Source: a virus (taxonomy: Duplodnaviria; Caudoviricetes). Taken from it: a stretch of 60,506 nucleotides of DNA. Numbering within the stretch: position 1 is the stretch's first letter; every line of letters begins with the position of its first letter. The stretch is taken from the IMG/VR virus record IMGVR_UViG_3300036800_000125, positions 1 through 60,506 of that record; one strand, 5' to 3'. The position numbers and the translations under genes were made by a program. The notes under the pieces are model-generated. The model worked only from the letters and a program-made list of their open reading frames with translations, was not told the origin of the DNA and searched no databases. Positions 45,843-55,286 of this stretch are shown here, piece after piece.

Positions 45843-48800
45843 ATGGTTGCTCTTGCACAATCGGTGGTCACCGGCTCGGGTACTACCGGCACGACGCTGA
45901 CGCTTACCCTCGGCAGCGCAACAACAGCGGGTAACTGCCTGGTCGTGTGCATCAGCTCTCATACCGGCGCAACTAACAACCCCACCATCAATGGTGTCAC
46001 GCTCGGTGGGTCGGCGGACAACTTTGCGTCCATCCTCTCAACCGGCGGCCTGACTGACGAGTCCTTCTCGGCTATATGGGCGGACCCACTCTGCGCGGGC
46101 GGGCAGACATCGGTCGTCATCACCTTTGGCAGCGGAACGAGCCCGCGTTACCTAGCGTCCGTATATGAGTTCTCCGGACTAGCCATCACCATCGCCGCAC
46201 TACCAGACAAGAGCGCGGCAGCAGCCACAGGGTCAAATGGTACGTCTTGGTCTTCGGGTTCGACGGCCACTACGTCGCAGGCTGTCGAATTGTGGATTGG
46301 TCTGGTCACCAGTGACAGCACTACAATCACCGGCCCGGCTAGTCCGTGGGTCAACACCGCCGAGATCATCCCGTCCGGTGCCGCGAGCGACTTCATGTCC
46401 GGCTATCAGATCCGCAGCAGCACGGGGGCGGCGGCTTATGCGGGTACATTTAGTCCGCTCGGTTACTACAATGCTGCTGTTGTAGCTCTGTACTCTGCAA
46501 CGAATGTTATGGGTGTCGCTGCGCAGGTAACTGTGACGGCTGGGGTCGGCACCTTTGCCGGTGGGGCGAATATATCTGGTGTCGCCGCCCAAGTGACTGT
46601 CACGGCTGGGGTCGGAACATTCCATGCCGGTGCCGGTGTAACCGGAATTGCTGCGCAGGTTACTGTCACGGCTGGGATTGGAACTTACTCCATCAACGTC
46701 GGCGTATCTGGCGTTGCTGCGCAGGTGACGGTCACGGCTGGCATTGGAACAATTTCTTCCGGCTCGCCAAATGCTGCCATCATAGGTACAGCAGCACAAA
46801 TCAATGTGACTGCGGGGATAGGATCCGCTGTCGCGGTTGCTGCAGGATCTGGCGTAGCGGCCAATGTCACTGTTACGGCTGGCATTGGTATTTTTGCAGC
46901 AGCTGGTGGCATTACCGGAATTGCATCGCATGTTACCGTTACAGCCGGAATCGGAACAATTTCTGCAGGCGGTATGGTCAATGGATCTGCCGCCCAGGTC
47001 ACCGTGACGGCCGGGATCGGGTCGTTTGATTTCAGCGCTGCTATCGTCGGCGTTGCCGCCCAGGTCACCGTGACGGCCGGGATCGGGCTTCCTGCAGGAA
47101 CTCCAATATTCCCCAAGTCTCCGCTCGGAACAAAGATCGAGCTGAATATCAATGGTACATGGAGGGATATCACCACCTATGTGTACCTCAGAGACAATAT
47201 TAACATATCGGATATCGGGCGTCCGAATGAGTCATCGACCATCCAGCCTGGCCAGTGTACCCTAACGCTAAATAATCGGGACGGTCGGTTTTCTCCGAAG
47301 TATTCGCCTGGTGCCTACTATCCGTACATCCAGCGTAATACCCAGCTACGAGTTTCTGTACTTGCTGCTTCATCAACGGGATTTGCCTACAGCGGTTACC
47401 GATTCTACGGTGAGGTTTCCGAATGGCCTCCGGTATCGGACATCACAGGGAATGATATCTATGTTCAGATTACCGCATCTGGAATATGGCGTCGTCTTTC
47501 TCGGGCCAGCGCTAACATCGGTTCGGCTTATACCCGGTACAACAATACGCTAAATGGTTTGGCCGGATACTGGCCGATGGAGGATGGTTCCGGATCGCTC
47601 GACTTCTCGCCAGGGGTTCTTGGCGGCTCGGTAATGGCATTCACATCAGGTACGCCGAATCTGGCCGCGACCGCGGCATTCCCCGGCTCGAACGCCATCC
47701 CAGCGCTTAATGGTGCGGTACTCACCGGGCCTATTTCCACCTCTGGTTCTCACACGATTAACCGTTTTCGATTCCTCGTTTTTGTTCCTTCGGGTGGAGA
47801 CAGTGGCATCCCGGCGAACAGTGTCCTCGCGTCATTGCACACTAACGGTACCGTCAATCGTGTCGATATCCTCCTGGGTGCAGCTGGTGGCGGACCGTTT
47901 GTTATCAAAGGGTATAACTCCGGCGGAACGAACACATTCACCGGAACGACCGGATCTGTTAATGTATTCGGGATCGTTATCCTTGCCGAGATAAGCCTTT
48001 CTAATTCAGGATCAAATGTCGCCTGGGCCCTTACACTGTACCTGCCGGGAACAAGCAGTCCGTACGGGAGCGCGAGCGGGACTCTGTCCTCTGCATCTGT
48101 TGGGAATGCGACATCGATAGTCTTTAATAGCGGTGCAGCGTATAAAGGCACAGCAGTGGGCCAGGGGATCGTGCTATACGATACCAGTCCATCGCTCGTT
48201 ACGGCTGCCGATGCCCTCCAGGGACACCAGGGAGAGACAGCGCTTGCCCGATTCGTTCGGATCTGTACCGAACAGGGCATAGCTACTGAGACTATTGGAT
48301 CAAGCTCGGTACAGATGGGTCCACAGTACGACGGAACATTCGCGGCTGTATTGCAGACAATCGAAAATAGCGACCAGGGACTACTCTACGAGACACGAGA
48401 TCAACTTGGCCTCGGCTACCGTGCATACAACTCGATGGTTGATCAGTCGCCTGCCGTCACGATCGACTACTCAGCTCACATGCTCTCGGCTGTACCGACC
48501 ACGACCTATGACGATCAGGGTGTCGTCAATGATGTCACGCTGAATAACTATGACGGCTACTCGTATCGGTTGCAGCTAGCTTCCGGTGCGATGTCTATTA
48601 ATCCCCCTCCGAATGGCGTTGGTGACTATCCAGGGCAGCCTCTTGGTGTCAATCTGTATGCGACTGGCGAAGCTGCAGCCATAGCCCAGGTTGCCAAGCG
48701 AGTCTTGAATCCCGGTGTCGTTGATGAGCTGAGGATACCCAACCTCGCAGTCAATCTTGCTAGATCTGCCGTTGCTTCTCTATTCGGTACTATCCCCGCC

Positions 48801-50042
48801 TTGTTCGTGGGCGATTACGTCGCTCTCTCAAATCCTCCTTCTTGGCTGTCCAGTACCAATCCGTCCAAGCAAATTGTCGTCGGGTATGCAGAGACGCTAA
48901 GCAACTATGAGTGGACTATCGTATACAATACGATACCAGAGGTTGGCTATGAGTCCGCGTTCAATCCGGGGACGACGGTTGGCGGCCGTACTTCGGGGTC
49001 CCCCGTCACAGGTGGCCAGGCCGGGAGCGTTAGCGGCGCGGATATTGGCGGCGGTGCTATTACTACCGGTGGCCTCGCCGGGTACGTCACATCAGCGAGT
49101 ATCGGCGGTATTACCTCCTCTGTTGGGACAATTGCTCCGATCGACCCAAACACGGGCGACATATGGATCGATGCTGCCAATGGCTACCAGATCAAACGGT
49201 TCGATGGATCCAACTGGATTCCGATCACATTTACCGCCTCCAGTGTACTTGCGGCAGGCTCGATTACGGCCGCCCAGATTGCAGTCGGAACGATCACCGC
49301 TTCGTTGCTCGCGGCGGGAATCGTTGTTGCGGGCATCGTCAATGCGACGACCATCACCGGAGCGAGCATTGTTGCGTATGGTTCTACCGGGGAACTGCTT
49401 GCATACTCCGGAATACCAGCAACCGGAAACCTTCTCATGTCGGCTTCTGCCGCCGCAGGGACGGACGGCAATGCCAACAACTATCTGGCTGGTTTTACAA
49501 TATACGGTTCGAACGGCAGCAAGATACACATTTACACGAGCGGTACTGCGGCGGTCATGGAGCTGCCATCCGGCGGCGCTAGCGAGGCATCACCGTCTCA
49601 GATGAAGATGACCGTTTTCAATCAGGGTGCCGGAAACGAGCATGTTGAACTGAGGATTGGCGGGCCGGTATCTTCATACGATAACAACTCGGTTAATGTA
49701 GTGATGGACTCTTCGGCTGCCGATGGGTCTTCTACCTATAACGGCGTTCTGGAAGTCGGTGGCAGTTCGGCGGCTGGCTGGGGACCGGGCACGCTCGGCA
49801 CGCAACTTACCGTCACACACCAGCTGCTGATCGGTGGTGCAACAGGTGGCGCCCAGGTTGAGACATCGGGTAATGTTCACGTTGGCGGAAGTATCATTAT
49901 CGGCGCTGGTTCATTCCCTGTAGCTGCACCGAGTGCCGCAGGAGCGCCTAGCAGTACATATAACTCAGCTTGGGCATCATCTGTCACGAATGTAGTCAAT
50001 AATCTTCGTACACAGCTGATACTCGCCGGCATAATTTTCTAA
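45843..50042 (+). CDS. large minor tail / receptor-binding protein
   Basis: 1399 aa G/S/T-rich; WRDIT, LTLNNRDGRFSP, YWPMEDG (LamG-like), GDIWID modules. Confidence 0.85.
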   Translation: MVALAQSVVTGSGTTGTTLTLTLGSATTAGNCLVVCISSHTGATNNPTINGVTLGGSADNFASILSTGGLTDESFSAIWADPLCAGGQTSVVITFGSGTSPRYLASVYEFSGLAITIAALPDKSAAAATGSNGTSWSSGSTATTSQAVELWIGLVTSDSTTITGPASPWVNTAEIIPSGAASDFMSGYQIRSSTGAAAYAGTFSPLGYYNAAVVALYSATNVMGVAAQVTVTAGVGTFAGGANISGVAAQVTVTAGVGTFHAGAGVTGIAAQVTVTAGIGTYSINVGVSGVAAQVTVTAGIGTISSGSPNAAIIGTAAQINVTAGIGSAVAVAAGSGVAANVTVTAGIGIFAAAGGITGIASHVTVTAGIGTISAGGMVNGSAAQVTVTAGIGSFDFSAAIVGVAAQVTVTAGIGLPAGTPIFPKSPLGTKIELNINGTWRDITTYVYLRDNINISDIGRPNESSTIQPGQCTLTLNNRDGRFSPKYSPGAYYPYIQRNTQLRVSVLAASSTGFAYSGYRFYGEVSEWPPVSDITGNDIYVQITASGIWRRLSRASANIGSAYTRYNNTLNGLAGYWPMEDGSGSLDFSPGVLGGSVMAFTSGTPNLAATAAFPGSNAIPALNGAVLTGPISTSGSHTINRFRFLVFVPSGGDSGIPANSVLASLHTNGTVNRVDILLGAAGGGPFVIKGYNSGGTNTFTGTTGSVNVFGIVILAEISLSNSGSNVAWALTLYLPGTSSPYGSASGTLSSASVGNATSIVFNSGAAYKGTAVGQGIVLYDTSPSLVTAADALQGHQGETALARFVRICTEQGIATETIGSSSVQMGPQYDGTFAAVLQTIENSDQGLLYETRDQLGLGYRAYNSMVDQSPAVTIDYSAHMLSAVPTTTYDDQGVVNDVTLNNYDGYSYRLQLASGAMSINPPPNGVGDYPGQPLGVNLYATGEAAAIAQVAKRVLNPGVVDELRIPNLAVNLARSAVASLFGTIPALFVGDYVALSNPPSWLSSTNPSKQIVVGYAETLSNYEWTIVYNTIPEVGYESAFNPGTTVGGRTSGSPVTGGQAGSVSGADIGGGAITTGGLAGYVTSASIGGITSSVGTIAPIDPNTGDIWIDAANGYQIKRFDGSNWIPITFTASSVLAAGSITAAQIAVGTITASLLAAGIVVAGIVNATTITGASIVAYGSTGELLAYSGIPATGNLLMSASAAAGTDGNANNYLAGFTIYGSNGSKIHIYTSGTAAVMELPSGGASEASPSQMKMTVFNQGAGNEHVELRIGGPVSSYDNNSVNVVMDSSAADGSSTYNGVLEVGGSSAAGWGPGTLGTQLTVTHQLLIGGATGGAQVETSGNVHVGGSIIIGAGSFPVAAPSAAGAPSSTYNSAWASSVTNVVNNLRTQLILAGIIF
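46512..47093 (+). repeat. nine repeats of about 22 aa (GxAAQVTVTAGIG) in the tail protein
   Basis: counted in the translation; the last two share an identical 33 nt stretch. Confidence 0.9.
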
Positions 50043-50051
50043 GGAGAATCG

Positions 50052-50261
50052 ATGGCCCAAATGTTGCATGTAGATGCTAATAAGGTTGTTAGTGTTCTCA
50101 AAGAGCAGCTTTCCGAAGCTCATATGCAGAATGCTATCCTACAGGTTGCTCTGGCCGATGCACAAGAGAAGGCGGCAGATCTCATGAAAGAGATTGCTAT
50201 GGACAGAGCCAAAGAGGGGAATCCTCCGGAAGATGATTCCACGAACGAGCAAGAGGAATAG
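50052..50261 (+). CDS. small coiled-coil protein
   Basis: AAGGAG RBS. Confidence 0.7.
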   Translation: MAQMLHVDANKVVSVLKEQLSEAHMQNAILQVALADAQEKAADLMKEIAMDRAKEGNPPEDDSTNEQEE

Positions 50262-50299
50262 GGCGACTACAAGTCTCCCGCGAATCAAAATGAGATGAA

Positions 50300-50557
50300 G
50301 TGTCAGCAACTGAGATCATCACCCTTCTAGGTGGTTCTAGTGGCGCCGTAGCCATTTTGATGCTTGCTCTTTTCATTACGGGACAGATAGTTCCGAGGAG
50401 TAGGATAGACGAGGTGAGGAGGGAGGTGAGGGAAGCAAAAGAGGAGCGAGATGAATGGAAGAAGATAGCAGAGAACGAAAGGCTACGGGCTGATGCCGGT
50501 GTAGCGGCCGGCCAGGTCGTTAGGGACGTTATGATGGCTCTCCGTAAGGAGCTTTAG
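50300..50557 (+). CDS. membrane protein of the lysis cassette
   Basis: TM, then GQIVPR..., coiled coil with RDEWK. Confidence 0.7.
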   Translation: MSATEIITLLGGSSGAVAILMLALFITGQIVPRSRIDEVRREVREAKEERDEWKKIAENERLRADAGVAAGQVVRDVMMALRKEL

Positions 50558-50559
50558 TA

Positions 50560-50805
50560 ATGTGGCCATTCAGGAAGAGAGGGAAGTTGCCCAGTGGGGG
50601 GATAGACGGGGGAATAGAGCACGCCCGGCGTATGCGTATCGAGTCGGAAGAGAGACTAGAGCATGCCAACCGGACGGTGATAAGGCCGCTCAGAGAGATG
50701 CACGATGAGAACCATGTATCGGAGCTACTCGATGAGCTAATATACCGAGCAAGGGAACGAGGAAGTAGGAATGACCCAGGCCCATCTGATAATAAACATC
50801 TTTAA
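50560..50805 (+). CDS. hypothetical protein (lysis cassette)
   Basis: MWPFRKR...ENHVSE; AAGGAG RBS. Confidence 0.7.
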   Translation: MWPFRKRGKLPSGGIDGGIEHARRMRIESEERLEHANRTVIRPLREMHDENHVSELLDELIYRARERGSRNDPGPSDNKHL

Positions 50806-51142
50806 CGATGGCGTGTTCACTGCGTTTATCGTTTGCCTAGCATTTCCGGCAGTGGGGCTGCCGAAGATAGGGTTCTGGCCTTGGTACAAAAGTGAGTGGG
50901 GGTGGAATATAGTCTCGCTGGAGGAGGCCATCACCCTGGCGTTGCTTCCTGTATGGATACGCCGATTCATCCATCTCGATGTGTCACCGTTGATATGGGG
51001 CTGGATTGACGCCGTATCGATATGGATGATACCCGTCATCGTCCTATGGCGTGTATATATCATATGGAAAACACAGAGGTACAACAAGAAGGACGCCAAG
51101 GACAACGGAAACCAGGAAGAAGTACAGGAGATTTCAAAGTGA
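50771..51142 (+). CDS. 3-TM membrane protein, putative holin
   Basis: three hydrophobic segments, PWYKSEWG, charged tail; adjacent to the endolysin. Confidence 0.65.
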   Translation: MTQAHLIINIFNDGVFTAFIVCLAFPAVGLPKIGFWPWYKSEWGWNIVSLEEAITLALLPVWIRRFIHLDVSPLIWGWIDAVSIWMIPVIVLWRVYIIWKTQRYNKKDAKDNGNQEEVQEISK

Positions 51143-51969
51143 GCACAATCATCGACTTCAGCACATCACGGCCGACTATCTCCCAGCTCAAGACGGCGAA
51201 CGTCACGTCGGTCGGGCGCTACATCGGATGGGACGGTGTCAGCGGCTACCCGAACACCGGAAAGAACCTCACCAAGGCAGAGGCGGCTATTTATGCTGCT
51301 AGTGGAATATCCATGTTCCTCGCCTTCGAGTATTACGCGAACGCGCCCGCCCTGGGGGCTGAACAGGGACGTAATGATGGCGAGCTTGCTACCGAGCAGC
51401 TCACTCAGATCAATGCTCCAACAACGGCAGGGGTGTACTTCGCCGTCGACTACGACATCCCTGACTACGAGCCCGGCACACCGAACGACCCCGCGCACGC
51501 CCGCGCTAAGCTGGGCCCGATTGGCGATTACTTCGCCGCAATCAAGGCGCTGAAGCCGCTCTACCGGATCGGTGTGTACGGCGGCTACTGGGCGGTGAAG
51601 CGGCTGTTCGATGCGGGCCTTGTGACCCTCGGCTGGCAGACGGTGGCCTGGTCCGGCGGTAACGTCGACAGCCGGATTAGCCTGCTCCAGACCACGGCCA
51701 AGTCACCGATCTCCTACGCCGACATCAACGTTCACGAGTCGAAGAACGCCGACTGGGGACAGTGGCCTGAGCCGACCAAGCCTCCGGCTCCCGGCTTCAT
51801 CGTCGTCCCTGATGTTCGTAAGATGGACGCATATCTCGCCACGGTCGCGCTCGAGAAGGCCGGACTTCACCCGCACGGTAACCCGCTCCCGGTCGTCACG
51901 ACGCAATCTCCCGCTCCGGGCACTCACGTTGCGGCTGGAACGACCGTCAGCCTTACCTACAACCAGTGA
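51139..51969 (+). CDS. endolysin: DUF1906/Rv2525c-like glycoside hydrolase plus C-terminal PASTA domain
   Basis: VGRYI, KNLTKAE, YFAVD, GVYGG, WQTVAWSGG; VPDVR...LEKAGL...QSPAPG..V..GTTVSL. Confidence 0.85.
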   Translation: MSTIIDFSTSRPTISQLKTANVTSVGRYIGWDGVSGYPNTGKNLTKAEAAIYAASGISMFLAFEYYANAPALGAEQGRNDGELATEQLTQINAPTTAGVYFAVDYDIPDYEPGTPNDPAHARAKLGPIGDYFAAIKALKPLYRIGVYGGYWAVKRLFDAGLVTLGWQTVAWSGGNVDSRISLLQTTAKSPISYADINVHESKNADWGQWPEPTKPPAPGFIVVPDVRKMDAYLATVALEKAGLHPHGNPLPVVTTQSPAPGTHVAAGTTVSLTYNQ

Positions 51970-51989
51970 TTGATAAGGAGCAGGGTGAC

Positions 51990-52430
51990 ATGGTAGAGAT
52001 GCGACAGGAAGCACCGTACCCGCATGCGCTCGCTGATCTGGTCGATCGTCTTGACTACAAAGGGTGGCGGGTGTATCTTGCAGACATAGACCGAGGGCAG
52101 GGGTCTAAGGGCCTCACTCTAGTCATCACCCGTGAGGGGTCCGACACCTATCACCCCGAGAAGACCATCAAGGTCAATCACTACATGCCGGTACCGCCTG
52201 CTGCGTTCAATTCGAAGTCATGGCAGCGATGGCTATTCGAACAGTTCCTGCTCGTGGAAAGGCACGAGTGCGCCGAGTTCTTCGTGATTGATGGGGAACG
52301 CCCCTACGCCCCGAACCATGGCTACGGCGAGGATCCATACGTCATCCACGACCCAACAACTGACGAGGCTCGACGGACGTCGTTCCGGAATGTTATCGAC
52401 GACGACGGCACCGGACGTAGCAGGTCGTAG
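51990..52430 (+). CDS. hypothetical protein
   Basis: AAGGAG RBS; VERHECAEFF motif. Confidence 0.75.
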   Translation: MVEMRQEAPYPHALADLVDRLDYKGWRVYLADIDRGQGSKGLTLVITREGSDTYHPEKTIKVNHYMPVPPAAFNSKSWQRWLFEQFLLVERHECAEFFVIDGERPYAPNHGYGEDPYVIHDPTTDEARRTSFRNVIDDDGTGRSRS

Positions 52431-52437
52431 ACGTGAA

Positions 52438-52467
52438 GCAGCCCCGGTCGGGGCGGACCGGGGCTGC
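52438..52467. terminator. hairpin between convergent operons
   Basis: GCAGCCCCGGTC / GACCGGGGCTGC. Confidence 0.8.
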
Positions 52468-52470
52468 GGT

Positions 52471-52572
52471 CTAGAGGACGATAGCGATGATGATGGCGGC
52501 CAAGAGCGTAGCCGCCGCGGTTATGCCGATCTGAAGGATGCCGTGCCGGGCGAGCTCCTTAACGAGCGTCAC
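52471..52572 (-). CDS. 33 aa single-TM peptide
   Basis: translated by hand; GTGA overlap with the NlpC/P60 stop. Confidence 0.5.
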   Translation of the reverse strand: MTLVKELARHGILQIGITAAATLLAAIIIAIVL

Positions 52573-53033
52573 AGTCGCACCACCCGGTAGTACATGGTCG
52601 GATGCCAGTAGGCGTTCCAGTGATGAGCTTCAACGCGGGTGCCCGGCTCAAGCGCGCCGAGCGTTACGTCGTGACCACCGTCAACCAGCTCGACGTGGCC
52701 GCTGCCGTAGAAGGCGAGATCTCCGGCGCGCGGGAGCCACGTCCGTACGAGGATGCTGCTAGCCAGCATCCCGTAGGTGGTCCGGGGCATGTTGACGCCG
52801 GTCTGGTGTGATGACCAGTAGACCAGGCCAGAGCAGTCGAACGTTCCCGGTCCCGCTGATCCGTAGACATACCAGTCACCGATACGGGTCTGCGCCACAG
52901 CGAGAATACGACTGCCCAGCGTCCCGCTGCTCGCGTACGCTTGCGTAGCGAAGAGGCCACACATGCAAGATAGCGAGAGCAGGACGGCCAGGACCGGAGC
53001 CGCAAGGCGACGTGAGATCTTAGCAACCGTCAT
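52569..53033 (-). CDS. secreted NlpC/P60 peptidoglycan endopeptidase
   Basis: signal peptide; YVYGSAGPGTFDCSGLV, GDLAFY, GHVEL. Confidence 0.92.
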   Translation of the reverse strand: MTVAKISRRLAAPVLAVLLSLSCMCGLFATQAYASSGTLGSRILAVAQTRIGDWYVYGSAGPGTFDCSGLVYWSSHQTGVNMPRTTYGMLASSILVRTWLPRAGDLAFYGSGHVELVDGGHDVTLGALEPGTRVEAHHWNAYWHPTMYYRVVRL

Positions 53034-53886
53034 AAGGACTCCAGTTGTTAGCTCCACCGGCGGTCGCCATGGCGTTCGCGAATACCTGGTTCTGCTCGGC
53101 CACCGAGGCATTGCCGAAGCTGGACGCACCACCTCCGTACGCGATCCAGGTCGAGTAGCTGAACTGGTAGAGCCCGTAGTGTCCGCTCGCGTTCATGACC
53201 TGGGAGTTACCACCGGACTCGGCCGCGATCACACATGACTGGAAGCTGCTGCTTCCGGTGTACGAGATGGTAGGAGCCGAAGTTGTCGGAGCTGAAGTTG
53301 AAGCCGAGCGATGAAGTTCAGAGCAGGGGATGTCGTACCCGTCTCCGTCGCCATCTCCGCACTGGTAGGTCTGCGACTGCACGCCAGAGCGTCCCACCGA
53401 AGTGGTAGCGGACACCGTGTGAGCGGGCCGTTGCGGCTGAGGAGGCGAAACAGGAGACATAGCGCTCGGTGCGGCCAGAACGCGAGGGACAGTCGGTATG
53501 ACCAGAGTCTGGCCGACGTAGATGATGTTGGCGTACTTGATGATCTTCTTGTTGGCCCAGTAGATGGTCGTCCAGTACTTGGACGAACCGTAGATCTGAG
53601 CAGAGATGGAGCTGAGGGTGTCTCCGGTGTTAACCTGGTACAGGCTTGTTTCGGACACCGCCTTCCCGGCAACGGTAGCTGGCTTTACGACGGTGGGGGT
53701 TAGCCTGACCGGCTGAAGCCGAACAGGCTGTATCCTGACTGCCACGGTTGCCGCGCTAGCTCCGGGCATTGGGCCGCCCGCTGCGAAGTAGGGGATACCG
53801 CACACCACGAGGGTCAGGCACAGTGCTACAATAACGCACCGGCCGACGTCAGACCATCCTATCAGTTCACGATTGAGCATTATCAT
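53020..53886 (-). CDS. secreted LysM plus resuscitation-promoting-factor-like transglycosylase
   Basis: YQVNTGDTLSSIS...IYWAN...IYVGQTLVIP LysM; CVIAAESGGN...YGLYQF...TW...GG...AS..EQ Rpf core. Confidence 0.88.
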   Translation of the reverse strand: MIMLNRELIGWSDVGRCVIVALCLTLVVCGIPYFAAGGPMPGASAATVAVRIQPVRLQPVRLTPTVVKPATVAGKAVSETSLYQVNTGDTLSSISAQIYGSSKYWTTIYWANKKIIKYANIIYVGQTLVIPTVPRVLAAPSAMSPVSPPQPQRPAHTVSATTSVGRSGVQSQTYQCGDGDGDGYDIPCSELHRSASTSAPTTSAPTISYTGSSSFQSCVIAAESGGNSQVMNASGHYGLYQFSYSTWIAYGGGASSFGNASVAEQNQVFANAMATAGGANNWSPYDGC

Positions 53887-54169
53887 CCGATCCTAACAGG
53901 GACCCGCCATATACTGCAGCGGGACTGGTGAAGGATGACGCTACTCTCCGGTAGCCTGGCCATAACGGCCGAATTACGATTCCGTTACGAACCCGTTATG
54001 AACCGGAACGTCAGCCTCGCTTGGGTCGGTAGGGCCGGTATAGGCGGCGACGGGCCCGTCGGGCGCGTGGCGGGGCGGTGGCTACGGCTAGAGAAAAGGG
54101 GGTCCGTCGGCTACCGGGTAGGGGGCGCGGCGGCCGAGCCTTTAGGGCGAGGCTCCGGGATTCTTGCCT

Positions 54170-54325
54170 AGACGTGAAGACAGGCTCCGGCGGCTATTCG
54201 CAAGAGTAGCCGGAGCCTGTCTTCGGGGAGATCAGCAATGATGCTGCGCGCGGAGAGTTGCACGGGAGGTTACATGGGGCTCCTTCCTCCGGGGACAGGG
54301 ACATCGTCCTAGTAACCAGTATACG
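54170..54325 (-). ncRNA. candidate small RNA / minigene transcript
   Basis: bounded by a consensus promoter and a terminator; contains SD-AUG-UAA. Confidence 0.4.
54176..54224 (-). terminator. long hairpin terminator
   Basis: 15 bp perfect stem GAAGACAGGCTCCGG/CCGGAGCCTGTCTTC; same CTTCACGTCTA tail as the 52438 hairpin. Confidence 0.8.
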
Positions 54326-54331
54326 CTAGCT

Positions 54332-54361
54332 AGTATACGCCGCGTCCGGGCGGGTGGCTAG
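54332..54361 (-). promoter_or_regulatory. phage promoter
   Basis: CTAGCC-N18-TATACT; a second TATACT at 54318-54323. Confidence 0.7.
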
Positions 54362-54367
54362 GGGTTA

Positions 54368-54787
54368 TCAAAATTGCCTTTCGTGCCCGACATGCTCGCC
54401 GTCTGACTGCCAGACTACACGAGCGATGCCTACTGACTTGGCAACCCGATAGCACATGAAGCAGGGCTCGCTGTTGACGTACAGCGTGGCGCCTCCGCAT
54501 AGGGCCGAACCGGCCATGAGCATGGCCGCCATCTCCGCATGAACGGTGATGCAATCGCTGTAGTCTGGTTGTCCCTGGCCGGGTGGCAGGGTGCCGCGTG
54601 GGCATCCGCCTTCGATACAGGTCGGCTTGTCCTTCGGCCCTCGGTTATAACCATGACCAACGATACGGACGTTACCGTGGTACTCGATAGCGATGATCGC
54701 ACCGACGTCGCGATGGGTGCAGCGGGCGAGCGACGCGAGCGACCGACAGACCATAATCATGGCGCGGTCATGGGATACTGATCTCAT
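54368..54787 (-). CDS. dCMP deaminase
   Basis: VGAII, GYN, VHAE, PCFMC zinc deaminase motifs. Confidence 0.9.
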   Translation of the reverse strand: MRSVSHDRAMIMVCRSLASLARCTHRDVGAIIAIEYHGNVRIVGHGYNRGPKDKPTCIEGGCPRGTLPPGQGQPDYSDCITVHAEMAAMLMAGSALCGGATLYVNSEPCFMCYRVAKSVGIARVVWQSDGEHVGHERQF

Positions 54788-55002
54788 GGCTCTCCGTGTT
54801 CATGCTCGAGGTCGATACGCCAGCGATGTAGATGCCCATGGAACAGGCGCCAGAGGCGTACGAGGTGGTGATCGCTCAGGACATTCTGCATACCCATGAG
54901 ATACCCGAGCGAATCGGAGTGACGATTCTCCATGTGCTTGGCGAAGTTCTTGTCGGTCATGTTCTCGGTTGCGGTAACGAGCACGCGCTCTAGAATGGCC
55001 AC
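54784..55002 (-). CDS. His-rich hypothetical protein
   Basis: 72 aa, ATGA overlap. Confidence 0.65.
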   Translation of the reverse strand: MAILERVLVTATENMTDKNFAKHMENRHSDSLGYLMGMQNVLSDHHLVRLWRLFHGHLHRWRIDLEHEHGEP

Positions 55003-55286
55003 CCGAATATGCTCCTCAGGATGATCCCGGTGATGGGTCCGAATGTCATCTCTAGCACAATGATGACGAGGACAATCAAGATGAATTCAAAGCGGCTAGT
55101 CTTTGGCGGCACATCGATTCGAAACCAGTACCACCAAGGTTTCGGATCGCCGCTATCCCCGAGATTATTAAGTTCTTGTTCCAGCCGAGCGATCTCTTCC
55201 TGGCGTTCTTCCCCGGTAACCTCACCATCCTCGACTGCCTTCATTCTTTTGTTGATCTCGTCCATTTTCTGCTCAGTCGGGGTCAA
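54990..55286 (-). CDS. membrane protein
   Basis: N-terminal coiled coil, C-terminal TM. Confidence 0.65.
   Translation of the reverse strand: MTPTEQKMDEINKRMKAVEDGEVTGEERQEEIARLEQELNNLGDSGDPKPWWYWFRIDVPPKTSRFEFILIVLVIIVLEMTFGPITGIILRSIFGWPF

Noticed and set aside
53887-54170. c-di-AMP (ydaO) riboswitch upstream of the Rpf gene, as in Streptomyces rpfA
   Set aside because: Could not find the conserved ydaO core segments on the minus strand by eye; an Rfam scan would be definitive
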